Source: Lama guanicoe
Lineage: Eukaryota
Reading direction: 5' to 3'
Assembly (NCBI GenBank): GCA_013239625.1
Contig: MU054541.1
Coordinates: 17,024,567-17,088,566 of the forward strand
Length of the DNA stretch: 64,000 nucleotides
Each line of letters opens with the position of its first letter. Position 1 is the stretch's first letter. Below, one piece after another: positions 48,898-62,300 of the stretch. Under the pieces are notes generated by a model. The model searched no databases. It was not told where the DNA came from and was given only the letters and a program-made list of their open reading frames with translations. The translations under genes were made by a program, and so were the position numbers.

Positions 48898-51800
48898 GCC
48901 TGGGAGGCTCCGAGGCAAATGGCTGGGCTTCCGGAGAGAGAAGGGCCCGGGAGGACTCCTGGCTCCCAGCAGGCGGGCTGTTGAGCTCCCGGAGCTGTTT
49001 CCAGGGGATGTAAGCTCGGAAGAGAGTTCTTGAGAACGGGGGAGGACGAGGATCCGGAAGTGTGCCCGCCACAGCCAGCGCCGGTGCGGCCCTGCAGCTT
49101 GCGGGCGAGGTCGTTAGGCAGCCCGGGGTCAACTTGTAGACACACTCAGTGCTTTATCTGCCGGTAAAAATTAAAGGTAGGGTCTGCATTTTGTACTTCT
49201 TTGTTGCAAGTTGAGTTGTTCCTCGTTTTCGTTTACGGATGCCAAGTGGTCCCTTGCGGCTCAATAACTTTCAAAGCCAGGAGCTCACGGTTTTAACTCC
49301 TTCCTGGCTGCAGGGGAGCGCGGCCGCGGCGCGGGTGGAGCTCTGGCGCCATCGCGCGGTGCGAGCGGAGAGTGCAGTTTCCGCCGGCTGGTTGGCCAGT
49401 CGGGGTTTAAGGCTAAAGATTTGCGGGTCAAGGGCCTTCCTACCGGATTCGGATTCGGAGGGGCAGTAGGCGGGGCGTCTCTGCCCCTGGGCTCCTGCAC
49501 TGGCTCCAGCTTGTTAGGGAGAAGGAGCAGCTGAGTTTCAGGTCACCGTGGGGTCTGGTTTGGTGGGTCTGTGTCCGGAGGGTGGACAAGAGCTGGAATC
49601 AGTGACCTGGGAGCCCAGGTTTCCACTTGGCCCCCCCCCCCAAATCCAAAAGCACCCAGCAGAGGCGGGAAAGGCCGGGAGGGTTCAGAGCGTGTGCTGG
49701 GTCACACAGCTCTGTCCCCTGCAGCTCTGCTCACAATTTCCTAACCTGGTTTTGAAAACACTGCAGCCCCTCCTTAAAGCAGCCCCCCAAACCAAGCTGT
49801 CCCCGTGTTTTGTGGGGGCAGGGGTGCGGGGCGGGGAGAGCAGGCACCCTGCCAGTAGCCCAGGCAGCTGGCGCTGGAGACAGGCTGTGCGGAGGGCAGG
49901 TGCCGCTCCGTGCCCAGGCCCCTGCTGCCGAGTCTTCTGAGCCCAGGCCCTGGACACCTGACCCCGAGAGCATCTGAAGGGCGCTGGTGTGGTGCTGTCT
50001 TTCGGAGTTCAGGTCGGGGCTGGGGCGCAGGGCCCCTTGGAGGAAGCAGGCGCACCAGTGGATGAGCCAGTGGGGCCCTTCCCCCTGGCCTGGCACCACG
50101 CCAGCCTGGGAAGGAGCTGATGGGCACTCACTGGGGGTCCCCCCAGCCCAGCGACTGGCATCCTCTTGCCATCCGGGCAGCTGTGGGATTGGATGTGGCT
50201 CCTAAACTCCCAGCCCTCGGAAGAACCTCACCTGTGGCTCACATGAAGGACCACGGATGGCCAGATTAGTGAATTTAAATAATGAACTGAACGTAATTAT
50301 TAACATAGGGTAAGAATCCTTGGTATTGATGTATTAGTATGAGTAATGAGTTTGAATGACGCAGGGTGTTCGTAACCGTCTGGAACGATTCCTGCGACTG
50401 TGAGCTCACCCGCACCTCTGCGACGTCAATTCTGTCTTTCCGGACGCCGGTCCACGCGGCAGCACGCTCAGTGATGCTTCTCTAGCATCAACTCATTGTC
50501 CTGCTGGGCTGGTCCTTCCTTCTCTCCTCGCTCTGCCAGGGGGCTGTCTGCCCGGAGGGGCGGCTGGTGAGCAGGTGCCCGCGGGGGCAGCCGGGGTGGT
50601 GGTGGAGAGAAGGGTGGGGCGTCTTCTATGAGAAGGCGAGACTCCCATCATGGGTGCTCAGGGCACTTGTTTTGAATTGTCACTTCTCAGCCCCAGAGCT
50701 TGCCTCAGTACTGGAGGCAGGGAGGATGCGGCACCCTGGCGGGGAAAGCCGTGTAGGTTAGGACCACTCAGGATGCGTCTGGCCGGGTCGTGGGCCCTCG
50801 CAGGCCAGCTGACCCCCTGCCCCCTCCCCTCATGGCCCCGATGCCCCGGCTGATTCCCAGGTTGGTGGGGGGCGCCTGAGGGGAGTTTGTGGGGAGGAGG
50901 CCGTGGGGCGAGGCTGCATGGCGGCAGGTGGAGACACTCCTGGGTGTTGTGAGCGGGGTGGACCGGTTCTGGCACGTCTGCTGCCGGGGGGATGCGGCCC
51001 CCTCCTGGCAGACTCTCCCGCCCAGGCGTGGCCTGAGTGGAGCTGTGTGAAGAGTCTTTCTGAGCCGGGGAAGGTGTGTGATTTGTTCTGGAAGAACACA
51101 GAGCTCATTGTTTCCCCTCGGCCACGGCGTCCCCTCGGCCGCGGCGTCCCCTCCGCTCGGTCCGCCACCGAGACGCCCGTTGCCAGCTCCCACTTCCCGG
51201 CCTCAGGTGGTACTCCTGACAACCAGAGAGGAAAGAGCGCCTTCTCTCTTTCCTGGAATTTTCAAAAAGGGCTTTTGTTGAGGACTAGCCCTCGACAAGG
51301 TTCCCTGGCCTGTTGAAGCGGACAGAACTCATGATACAACCTGCAGGCGCACTTCTCACATTCAAAGCGCCTTAAATGCAGGCCCCTGGCTGGGCAGGGC
51401 CGTCCTGTTGGGCTGACAGGCTTGTGACTTGCTGCGGATGTGCGGGGCCAGCCCGGCCGGTGTCTTCCCGGCGAGAGTGCCGAGCACACTCTCCTCGTGG
51501 ACTCGTTGGGTGTTCAGGAGCCAGCTAAGCGCTGCGAGGAAGCCAGCGGCTGGTTAGCCGGCGCTGGCCAGCGGTTTTTCTTGGCCAGCCGTGTTTTGTG
51601 CCTTCATCTGGCATTTTGCTTTTTTTTTTTTTAGATAGCAAAACAAAAATATCTAAAAGATCCGATCACACACGCACACCTGGGCTGTCCTGTGAAAGCC
51701 ACTCACACGCTGTGGCCCTCGGCTGCCGCGCGGGTTCTGGGTGCAGTAAAGCGAAGGCCAGTCAGGTCACGCTGCTGCCCTCCCTAGCACGCCCGCCACC

Positions 51801-54800
51801 CCCCAGGAACCTGCCTCTGTCAAAACCCCACCGGAAGAAAGGAGACCCTCCGGTGCCCCCGTACCTGCTTCCTCCCCAGAGGAAAGTCTTCATTTTCTTT
51901 GTTCCGTTCCCCCTCGGCCCCTCGACAAGTGGCTGGGGGTCACCTGCCTGGGGCAGGGCTCAGAGGCTGGCTCCCGGGACAGAGATGACGGGGTCTGGCG
52001 CCCTTTGGTTTGGTGATGAGACCGGGCGGGTTGCCACCTGTGCAGGTCCCTCAGGTGTATTCCTGGGGTGAGGGCAGCCTCGTCAAGTTTCCAGAAAACT
52101 CAACCAGTCATCCTGTGGCTGAAGACCCCACGGAGACGGGTTCTGGGCGCATTTTCCTCCAGCTCGCTGTGCGTGTGACAAACCAGGCAGGACCCCCCGA
52201 AGCGCTCCTCTCCTCCCAGCCACGTGACCATGCTCTCCGGATCGCCCAAGGGCCTTTTCATCAGTTCAAAGGAAAAATGTGCTATTTCAGACTCCGAACA
52301 CATCTCTTTATAGCCGTAGAGTTATCACGTCACGGACAAAGCATGCTGCACCTGGGGGCGGGGGCGGGGGCAGGCCGCAGAGGGCTCTGTTGGGTAGGCG
52401 CTTTCCACTGCGTGTGCTTTGAAATCAGACTTATTTGGCTCTAAACTGCCATTCGTGGATGAGCCTAGAAGGGTTTGCTTTTTTAAAAAGGTTAAGCACA
52501 GTTAATCTTGCTGAGGTGCGTGTGCTCGTCTGGGCGGCACAGGGAATGTTCTAGAAAGAAGCAGGAGGTTAGACTTGAACTCGTCTTCCTTAAGAACCAA
52601 ACGTGGGCCGCTGCGGACCACACGCTCCCACGTGCCAGCACGCACTCTGTGAAGTCAGCGGGGTCCGCACAGGCTGGGGACACACTCACACAAGACCCCC
52701 AACAAACAGCGACCTCCCAGCTTCCTCTTCAGCGAGAAGGGAGAGGTCGTGCTGTCTGGGAGACGGCGGGCCGACGTCATCAGGTCTCGTAAGGCTCTTT
52801 GAAATCGCCGTGGTGCCCGATCGTCGTGACGTTTTAAACGCAGGTCTCAACCTGACGGGAGCCCAGATTGGAGCAACCGTTTGGAGCGTCAGACTCGAGG
52901 CAGGAATGAAGGTCTAGCTTCCAGGCATCAGCCGGAACCCAGAGCAGACCTGTGAAGCTGCGAGAGCCACACGTGGCGCTGAATCACTTGGACGGCACGA
53001 CGCCGTGTCCTCGGTCGGCAGGGGCTGGGGCCACCTGGCTGCTGACGCGGGGCCTTCATCCAGGGCCCGCTGTGTGGCCGGAGGTGGACTCTTGGCAGCT
53101 TGGTCACCTTCAGAAGTCATCCTGCGCAGCCTGAAGACTCATTCTCAAAGGAACCTGTGCTCGGTGCTCCCCGGACGGAGCACAGCCCGCTCTCACTCCT
53201 TGCAGGGTCGAGTTCTGGAACGTTGCCATGGACTCTGAATTAGAGACGCTGACCGTCGCTCCTGGGGAAACACGGGGTTGGCTCCCGTGAGCCTCTGGTC
53301 ACGGCGTTTCACCGCCTCATCAGCACAGGACCTTGTTTGACGTGGGCGTCTGTTCAAAGACGCCTTATTTAACGTGTGTGGTCGATCCCTTAACACTGAG
53401 CTCACTGCCAGCAGCACTGTGCCTCTGCCGGAAGCACGTCCATCTAAGACACTTCGAGCACCACGGCCTCCCTGCTCTCGGGAGGACGGGACGGCACCTC
53501 AGTCTGCCGGTGGCCACTGCAAACAGTGCAAAAATGTGGGAGTAAGACTGTAGAAAGGCGACTCAGATTCCGTACTGCTCTGTGCATGTCCACGGGTGGC
53601 AGTGAAGACGCGGGCAGTGTTGATTTTGGGGTTACATGAAATTTTAGCCAGTAGGAGAAGTCACAGTTTCGGAATCCATGAGTAACGGAGATCGGCCATA
53701 TATTGGGAAAACCACCGTGCACTTTAAGATCTGCCAATTCTGGTTGATGACTGTTGTCTAGTCATTTAATCTTCAGTCTCATCTAATATCAAGCAAAGAT
53801 AATTTGCCTCGTAAAAACCCCCTGCATTTGTACAGCATTTTGCTTGTAGAGATACCTGATTTTGGAAACAGCTCTTTACCCTTCTCTCCCCGCGAGGCAG
53901 CAGTGTTGCTGTGGTCTCATCTGTCTCCATCCTGACTCAGCCTCTCACTCGTGCAGGTGCGAGGCCGCCGTGTACGCAACGTCCGTTCCTGTCCCAGTCG
54001 AGCGGGGCTTCGTTTGCAGTGAAGAGGTAGCAGTTCCCCGAGCCCAGCTGGGCCTGGACGGCAGGTGATGTTGCTGGTGTGTATGGGACACAGGGTCTTT
54101 GAGGGCAGGTGACTGTAACCGTTGAGAATACACGGAGTGGTGGTAAAGCACATACGACGGCGTCTGGCCGGTGGCAGGAAAAGTGGCTTCGTTGCCCGTT
54201 GTCATTGTCCCAGCGCAGCTTCTGTCTCGTGTTCGCCCGTCTCCTCGGAGCCCCGCTGGGGACAGACGCTCCATCAAGGAGAAAGGACGCTTGGCCAGCA
54301 GCCACGGTAGGTCTGCGCTCACTTCCGTGCGCTTGGTTTTCGGCAGATCTTTTCTTCACCATCACTGAGGACCTGAGGACACGTGCAGCCGTGGTGGTGA
54401 ATTGAGTCTGTTCATCCCGTCAGCCGCGTGGCCGCGTCTCTGTGCTCCAAGAGGATTCAGGCACCAGCATGTCAGGGTCACGAGTCTGGAGAGTGGCCTC
54501 ACTTCTCCGTTGCACGTCATGTCCTGACCGGTGTTCTGAACACAACACACGTGTGCTCTGAACCCAGTGCCAAAACACTCTTCTGTGTGTGTCAGGGTTC
54601 CCAGGAAGGATGGCCATGGTGTTCTGAGGGGGACAGTTCTCCCTAAAGAAGGCAGCTTCAGAGGTTTTGCTGGGAGGTTGGCAGTGTAGGCCATTTCCAG
54701 AAGGGCCGCCTTATGGAAGCTCACAGGTGCCTTCCTGGGACGTGACTCTGCAGCCACCAGCCAGGCATGCCAGCCCCGCAGCCGGGCTTGCGGGCTGGGG

Positions 54801-56199
54801 CCCTCAGGGCGTGGATGGGGCCCCCGCGCCGGCACGACAAGAGGCTGGTCGGAGTGACAGGCAGCTGCCTTTCTCAGCAACTTTATTCACTTGCTGGGGA
54901 CTTTCTGCCAAATTCTTTGGGACTAAAACTTCTTGTCTGGTGCTGGGCCATGTCTGCCCAAAGGTACCTTTTTTGGAGAGTTTCTGCCAGAGCTGTTAGG
55001 CCTTCCTTGAGTCGGTGAGAAAAGAAATTCTTCATGTGAGTTGTTTGGCTTCAGTTCAGCAGTAACTCAACGTTTGACCCAGTGCACACAGGAGATGCTG
55101 CCTGTGCGACTGTCTCTCACACCCACGCACTCAACGCGCACACTCAACACACACCCTCGGTCTGGCCGAGGCAAAACCCGAACCACGGGGACGTCAGAGG
55201 CCCTCCTGCTTGGTTCTGCAGGCCAGGAGAGGCAGCAGGCCCATCGGAACCTGGGCACTTTGAAGCACAGACTCAGTTCAAAGTCTGCAGGGGAGACGCA
55301 GGCTGGGGGGCGGCTGGGAGACCCTTGCAGGCCACCTGGGCCTGCGTCCCCACGTGGCCTCCGGGGCGGTCCAGGAACATCCTCCCAACAGGCAGCTGCG
55401 TTCTGCACGAGGTTTGTTTTCCTGCTGAACAGGTGGCTTCTGGGACGGGGTGTTGGGTTTCAGATGGGCCCTCGGTCCCTCTGTCTCTTCTCTCATGTGA
55501 GGAGACGGATGAGCTGGGTGGTTTGTGTGGCCTCCTGGCATCGGGGTGGCTGCGAAGGGCGGGGACCGCTCCGTGTTGGTGTTTCGGACGAGGCCCGTGA
55601 GGCGCGGCGCTTGCCCCCACCTCCCTGAGCGGCAGCCAGCACTCCTGCCCCGTTGATCTTCTCAGCTCCGTATTTGCGTGGGAATTACCTGGAAAGGGGG
55701 CTGTAGGTGCTCACCTCCCTGCACGATGTCCAGAGACCCCTGGGGAAGCTGGGCTGTGTCTGCACGAGCAGGGCCTGCGGGGGAACTCCTGGGATAGTTT
55801 CTGCCACTGAGGAAAGGATTTTTTGCCCTGAATTATTGGCGTTTGTTCTCCGCAGAGACCAGACTCGCAGGGAAGCAGTGGGCTCATTATTTGGCACAAT
55901 TTAAAGCAGGTGACTGAGGTCACAGAGATAGTTGGGAATCAAGTTGTTGGCCAGACACTCACGGAATTTCCTTCAAAGTAAGTCTCACGGCTGAGAAAGC
56001 TTTATCTAAAACTTGGAAGTTCTTAAGGATTTTTTTTTCTTTTAAATTCATTTTTCTTGTTTGAACAGATGGTACAGGACATGGGTTAGGTAGAGACACG
56101 ATGTAAAGGTAGACATCACCCAGGCCACGGGGCCTCCTGGTCGCAAGCCCAGCCCTGGGGTGGCTCCTTGTACGGGTTCCATGTGTGTCGGGGAGGGTG

Positions 56200-58010
56200 A
56201 GCTTGCTGTGTCCTTCTGGTGTTTCCCTGTAGAGATAAAAACAAATAAATAACGTTTTGCTATGTTTCTTCTTTTCATAACCCAGACACCTCAGTTTTTC
56301 TCTGAACGCCGCAGCCTGCCGACCCCTCCTTGTGCTCAGGGGACATCTGTGCCGGGGCCGCCCGCCGTGCTGTGGGGCGGGGACACCAAGCTACTTAACC
56401 AGCCCCGCACAGAGGGAGGCTTTGCCTGGAGCAAACAGTGCGTTGGTGGGTTGACGTGGAATCTGTCATCACGTGTGTGCAGCAGTCCCCGCAGGGTAGA
56501 TTCCCACACGTCAGGTTGCCAGGTCAAAAGTCGGTGTGTCTGTGGTTTGGATGGACGTGGAATCCTCACTGCTGCCATCCCAGCTCTGCGCCTCCTACGA
56601 CCTCCGTGCGTCAGACTGGGGATTTCGCCAATCTGATAAGCAAGACATGTTTTCTCAGTGCAGTTTTCATTTAAATTTCTTTTGAAGGAGCTAGAACATT
56701 TTTCACGTTTCCTGTTTTTGTCCATGAGCAGTTTCCTCCTCTGCCCCCTTTCCCTCTGGTAATTGGACATTTTCTTTTTGATTTATTGAAGTTCTTTATG
56801 TATGAGGAAGACTAATCCTTGTCTGTGGTATGAGTTACAAGTGGTTTTTCCCAGTTTGTCTGTTGTCCTTTGACTTTGTTTATTATGTACTTTTTTTTCC
56901 AACTTTCAATTATGAAGACAGAAATCATCAAAAGAACAGTGCGATGATCACTTGCATACCTGCCCCTGACATTCAGCTATTGATAGCAACTACCACCTTT
57001 CCCTTTGCTGTGTGTGGTGAGCGTGTGTGTGTGTGGGCCTGTGCACAAACACAAGATGCAGGCGGCACTTGAGCATGCACCTCCTGAACGGAGGACGTTT
57101 TCTTACATGATCACCATATTCTTATCACGGCCAAGAAAATTTGCAATGACTTCCTCATTTTTCTTCTCAGAATTTTCTTGGTTTCCTTACTTTTTTTTCA
57201 TATAGGCTTTAGAATTAGTTGTCTAGTTCCAGGAAAAAAACCCTTTCAAAAATTGAGATGGCATCCATATTCAGTTCAGTGAACTCAGAGAAGTTGGTGA
57301 CTTCTGATACTGTCGTCCCATCAAGAACATGGTATGTCCTTCCACTGAAAAAATTCCCCCTTTGTATTCTTCAGGAGCCCTTTGAAATTTCATTCTGAAG
57401 GCTTAGACATTTCTTGTTGAGTTTTTCCTGGATGTTTTGGGTTTTAAATTGCTCTTGTAAATGGTGTTGCCTTTCCCACCTTTTAAAGGAGAGTTGTTTG
57501 ATATGTGAAGCTGTTGATTTCTATGTGCTAATTTTCTGTCTCACTATGGAGACTGTGCATTTGTGTACCTATGTCACTGTACAAGGCAGCCAGCCAAGGG
57601 GGTGTGTGGCGGGACTTCAGCTTGCCCCCTAGCCCAGTCAGGCGGCATGCTTGGGGGCTGCGACCACCAGAAAGAGGTGCCTTTTCTAAGCATTGGCCTG
57701 AACGGGGCACACTTTCCTAAGTTGATCAAAGACATGGTGGGGTCTCGTGGTGACCTCTCTTCTACCATCCTCAAGTATCGTGGTGTTGGCAGCTTTGGTT
57801 GATTCTCCTATGGTTTCCTGGTCGCAGTGAGGCCACACTTGAGCAGATGCAGTTTTGCCTCCCTCTTCGTTTTTATACCTCATTTCCTCGTCATATCTAA
57901 TTGCTTTGGCTAGTGTCACCAGTACTGTGTTAATGGCTGTGATGATGGTGGACACTGTTGTTCTTTTACTGATGTTAGCAAGAATACCCTGGTGTTTCCC
58001 CAGGTTCACT
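56200..58010 (-). mobile_element. Old LINE-1 (L1ME-like) remnants including an RT-region fragment, interrupted by other sequence
   Basis: The minus frame of 57,840-58,009 gives INTVLVTLAKAIRYDEEM, similar to L1 ORF2p FNIVLEVLARAIRQEKEI. Antisense L1-like phrases gccaatctgata, agttctttatgtat, ttcccagtttgtc and aagaacatggtatgtc are present. Confidence 0.75.
56890..57160 (-). mobile_element. L1MC-like 3' end nested inside the older L1
   Basis: aaagaacagtgcgatgatcac...agcatgcacctcctgaac..ggacgttttcttacatgatcaccat resembles the recalled L1MC 3'-end consensus. Confidence 0.55.
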
Positions 58011-58034
58011 TTTCAAAAAACCATCTTAACAATT

Positions 58035-58284
58035 TTTAAAATTTTGGTAAACTACCCATAACATAAAGTTTACCATTTTAACCATTTTTAAGTATGCAGT
58101 TCAGTAACATTAAGCACATTCACGTTGTTGTACAACCATCACCACCGTCTATCTCCAGAACATTTTCATCTTGCAAAACTGGAAGTCTGTACCCATTGCC
58201 TGCTTACCTTGTTTCCCTTCCCCAGCCCCTGGCCCCCACTGTCTGTGACTCTGACTCCTGCAGGGACCTCATGCAAGTGGAATC
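58035..58284 (-). mobile_element. L1MB/L1MA-like 3' end (continues into the N-run)
   Basis: cataacataaagtttaccattttaaccatttttaagtatgcagttcagt...caaccatcaccacc...gtggaatc is the classic antisense L1M 3' terminus. It aligns ungapped with 6,965-7,041. Confidence 0.88.
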
Positions 58285-58499
58285 NNNNNNNNNNNNNNNN
58301 NNNNNNNNNNNNNNNNNNNNNNNNNNNNNNNNNNNNNNNNNNNNNNNNNNNNNNNNNNNNNNNNNNNNNNNNNNNNNNNNNNNNNNNNNNNNNNNNNNNN
58401 NNNNNNNNNNNNAGACCACCTCTGTTTATCCGTCCATTGCCGAGGGACCCCAGTTTCGCTCTGAACGTCCACACAGACGTCCTCAGGGAAGCGTCGTTC

Positions 58500-58580
58500 C
58501 CACTTCCTGTGGTCTGTGCAGCCCAGTGCCTGGCACCCGGCAGGTACAAAACAGATGTTTGTTGAGTACACAGATGATAA
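58500..58580 (+). mobile_element. L2 (or MIR) 3' tail
   Basis: cagtgcctggcacccggcaggtacaaaacagatgtttgttgagt resembles cagtgcctggcacatagtaggcgctcaataaatatttgttgaat. Confidence 0.6.
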
Positions 58581-58669
58581 ATCGATAACCGGCTACCAGC
58601 GCAGTTATGAAATGGGAGTTTATAAATTTACATCTTCCATGTGTATGCTGCTTTTTGGAGTTTAAAGCA

Positions 58670-58835
58670 TTTCAGAAATGTACTAATTTTAGCCACACAA
58701 CAGCCCTTCGAGGTAATTACCCCCATTTTACCATTAGCTCTCGTGCAGGTAACAAAGGGAGGCTGAGGACGCTTAAATGACGGGATTAAGGGCTCAGTAA
58801 GTGACAGAGGTGGGACTAAACTGATTTGTCTCCAT
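58670..58835 (-). mobile_element. MIR SINE fragment
   Basis: cacaacagccctt..ccccattttac...gtaagtgacagaggtgggact resembles the reverse MIR consensus. Confidence 0.55.
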
Positions 58836-59049
58836 GTTCGATGATCTCCCCCGCCACCACCTTTTACTGTGAAGTAGACGTGTGGCCAGAAGGTGCTTCC
58901 TGTGTTTGTCCAGCTCGGGGACCCCCCGGTGAAGAAGTGGGGCGCCTCACATCTCATCCGGAGAGGGTGCCTTGGGCTGCCCCAGGCACACCTCCTCCCA
59001 CTGCCCCGAGGCACCTGCTCGGCTCCTCGCGTCACCCCGAGACGTGGGT

Positions 59050-59085
59050 TTTGTGGAGTTTGTGGAGTTTGTGGAGTTTGTGGAG
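59050..59085. repeat. Perfect 9-bp tandem repeat (TTTGTGGAG)4
   Basis: Four exact copies starting at 59,050, 59,059, 59,068 and 59,077. Confidence 0.95.
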
Positions 59086-59169
59086 GCGGGAGCGGCACTT
59101 TCTGTCTCCTCTGCTCTCGCTGCCCCGCCCACTCGCCCTGGCGGATGCCCGTGGGGCGGAGGCTGCTTC

Positions 59170-59360
59170 TCGTGCTGCAGAGGTCGCTTTGCATCTGCAG
59201 GGCTCCTCTGCACCCACGTTCACTCGTGTCATCACTGCTGGACGTCTGCGTCATTTCCAGCGTGTGGATGTTGGAACGGCCTTCTGCTCCTTCCCGGGCG
59301 CGAGGCCTGACGTGCACGGGTGTCTGTGAAGCACACCCCTCGGGGTGAGGTGTCACACCC
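59170..59360 (-). mobile_element. Probable GC-eroded L1ME 3' UTR fragment
   Basis: tcactgctggacgtctgcgtcatttccagcgtgtggatgtt resembles ctgttgatggacatttgggttgtttccagtttttggctatt. Confidence 0.4.
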
Positions 59361-62300
59361 CGGGCGCCTGTGGCCCCCGCAGCTGGAAGGGCAGCCCACG
59401 GCCCACGGCCCACATCCTGCCCGAGGGGCGGCTCTGCCCTCCTCGGCGCACGTGCGCCCCCCCGCGCTCGGCTTCCGGCCCTCTGTCCTCTCAGGACGGT
59501 CCCTCTTCTGCTTCGGGGCCGAGCACCCTCCTGCTCTCCATCAGCCGAAACGCTGCGTCCCAGGAGGCGGCGGTGACTTTGGCCACTGACCTCGGTAGCC
59601 AGTTTCCCTGGAGGTGGGATCAGTGAGAGGACCAGGGCTGGACGCCCCTCGCTCTGGGCCGCAGCCTGCTCGGGGGGCAAGTCCTGTGTTCCTTTTGTGA
59701 AGTATTCTCTATGTCAGACGCGGCCCCGCCCCCAGCTGCCTCGTGGGGTAAATTGGCCCCTGGTTGGGGGGTCACTTGGGAGCTTCTGCCATGGTCTGCA
59801 GCCCAGGGCCTCTGGGCCCCGGGCCCCGTGGACCATCTGAGCTTCGCCGCCTCTGCTGTCCTGGGCTCCTCCGGGCAGAGGCCTCAAGTCCCAGGTCCTT
59901 CATCTCCTGCCCCGTCTCATGGCACTCGGGCCTTCACCCACCCTGGCCCAAGTCTCCCCGGCAAGCTGTCCAGCTCCGCCCAGCTGCTCCTGGACCACAG
60001 GCTGAGCGGGAGGCCCCAGGGTGGACGCTCACCACAGCTCCACAGCCCGCAGGACGGGGGCTCAGCCAGTGGAAGGAGGCCCAGGACTCTACGGCTTGCG
60101 GGGAGCACAGGACAGACAGAAGGGAGCAACGACGCCGGACCCCAAGTCAGTGCTGGCCCTTCCCTCCTGCCGTCCGCCCTCCGCGCCTGGGCCCAGCGGG
60201 CATTCTGTCCTGTGTCCTCACCTCACAGACCAGCCCTGACGGCAGGTGCGGCTGCGGCCCTGACCAGCTCGAACTGCAGGCTGTTGTCACGTGGCGAGGG
60301 CTTCTTTCTGAGGCAGAGGAGTGGATGCAGGTCCGGAAGGTTCCGGGAGGACTTTAGCTTCCCAGGGTGTGCGGGTCCCGTGACAGCAAAGTGTGGGGAC
60401 ACCATCCCAGCCATGTGGGGCCACAGGCTTCCTCCTTCCCAGGGGCTGCGCCTTCTCTACGCTGGTTTCGTCACTTACTCTCAGTCAACACAGTATTATT
60501 TCAAAAAAAAAAAAAAACAGAAAGAAAGGCTCAGGCAAGCTTTCCCAGCCGAAGCGTGAGTAATTCATCTCTCAGCTGCCCCAAGGAAGTGCTGTGTTAA
60601 CGAACCTGAAAGCCGCGTATCCTCAGATCACTGATTTCAAAGACAGAACGTGGCAGGTGACTCTCCCATATCTTCTTGTTTCTGGGGTTTTGGTTTTTTT
60701 TTCAGTTTAAATTTAGAGCAAGAGGTGGTGGGAGGTCGGAGGGGAGACACCCGCAGGGCACCTTCGCACCCACCCCGGGCACCCGTGCCTGGCTCGTCAC
60801 CTCGCTGGACCATGTCTGCTGTGGCCAGCCTCACCCCGTCCCTCAGGCCCACAGCCTTGGCCCTGGGAGCTGAAGGTTATAAATATGTTGTTGGCTCTTT
60901 GGCCAAGAGCCTGGGTTCTGGGGAGAATGGAAAGCTGCTTCCCCGGGGCCTGGTGGTTATTTTTAGCTCGTCCTGGCCCTGGTGGACCTCTAGCCCTGCA
61001 GTAGCTCAGCTTCTCACGCGGGGGATCCTCCACTGCTCAGCCCTCCACAGCCTGTAACTCACTCTGTGGTTCTTTCCTGGAAGCCTCCAGTGTCCTGCCG
61101 TTCCTGAACCTGGGGTGCCCCACACTGCCTGGGGTCTTCTCACAGGCTGAATGCAGGGCTGGCATCCACAGAAGGAAGCAGCCTCTGTGGGCATTCAGTG
61201 TTTGGCGTCTTTGTGTACACGCAGCGCGGTGTAAGGGTGAAAAATCCCTGTGACTGTGTTACGTCACGTGCTTGTACTTACAGCGGTGCACCCGGACCCT
61301 TCCTGGAATCTGGCTCTCCCACGTCTCCATCCCAGTGTTTCTGTGTCACCAGAGCAGAAATTAACTAACAGTCACGTAGCCTCTCTCCCTTCAGGGGCCT
61401 CTAACGCGGTGATGGGGTCCCCTCCCCAGGTGGAGACACGCCGGGCGCGGGGCTCTTTGCAGCTTGGGGGATGGTGTGCGTCAGGCCAGGCCCTCTTTGC
61501 TTGTCGAGGCTGCGGACGCAGGCTGCAGCAGCTCTCTGGAGATTAGGAAGGCTGAATTCTGATCTCAAGGCGAAGAGAGATCCCTCGTCCCTCAGGTCAC
61601 AGCACACAGAGCTGTCTGCTGTCCCCAGCAACTCTCTTCCGTCCTTTCTGCCCATTTCTTCCAAGGTATCTTTTCCCCCTGCTTCTTGCAAATTAAAGGT
61701 AAGATCATGGAGTCTTAGAGCAGGAAGCCTACAGGGGCTAATTTTGGGGACCAGGCACCTGGGCTCTGAGGACCTGTGGCTCGACCACAGCCGTGGTGGC
61801 GGCCGGTCCACCGGACCAGAGCCCAGGAGGGGCGGGCTCCCGCCACCGCCCACCCAGACAGCCAGCCAGCCAGTGGTGGGCCCGGGCGTGAGCGAGAGCT
61901 CGCCGCGCACTCCCCCAGGGTCTCATCCGCAGGCTCTGAAGAGGGGTTTGTATGACTTTCCCGGGACGGGACCACGGGGCTCTGGTTCATCCCACCTCGC
62001 CGAGCCTCCGTGGAAAGAGCTGTGGTCAGACCCGATGACTTCACCCCGGATTTATGGCCTGTCCGAAGCCCACAGGAGAGATGGGGGGACATGGCTGTCT
62101 GGTGACGAGAGCAGGATTTATTTGGTACGAGGCGGTCGCCACCGAGGGGCCGCTGACAAAGTGTCGGCTGCGGGGCTGCTGGAACAGTGGGGCTTTGGAC
62201 AGGGGGCATTGTTTTTGGAGAGATGGCGGAACAGCCCATTCAGTTGTCTGTTGTGCTTCGCACAAGAATGGGTTCCAGCAAAGAAACGCAGAGAACAGAG

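Noticed and set aside
59050-59085. Short direct repeats as a CRISPR-like array (also small tandem duplications near 15,930, 23,620, 48,020 and 51,115)
   Set aside because: Head-to-tail slippage repeats with no spacers, in a mammalian genome.
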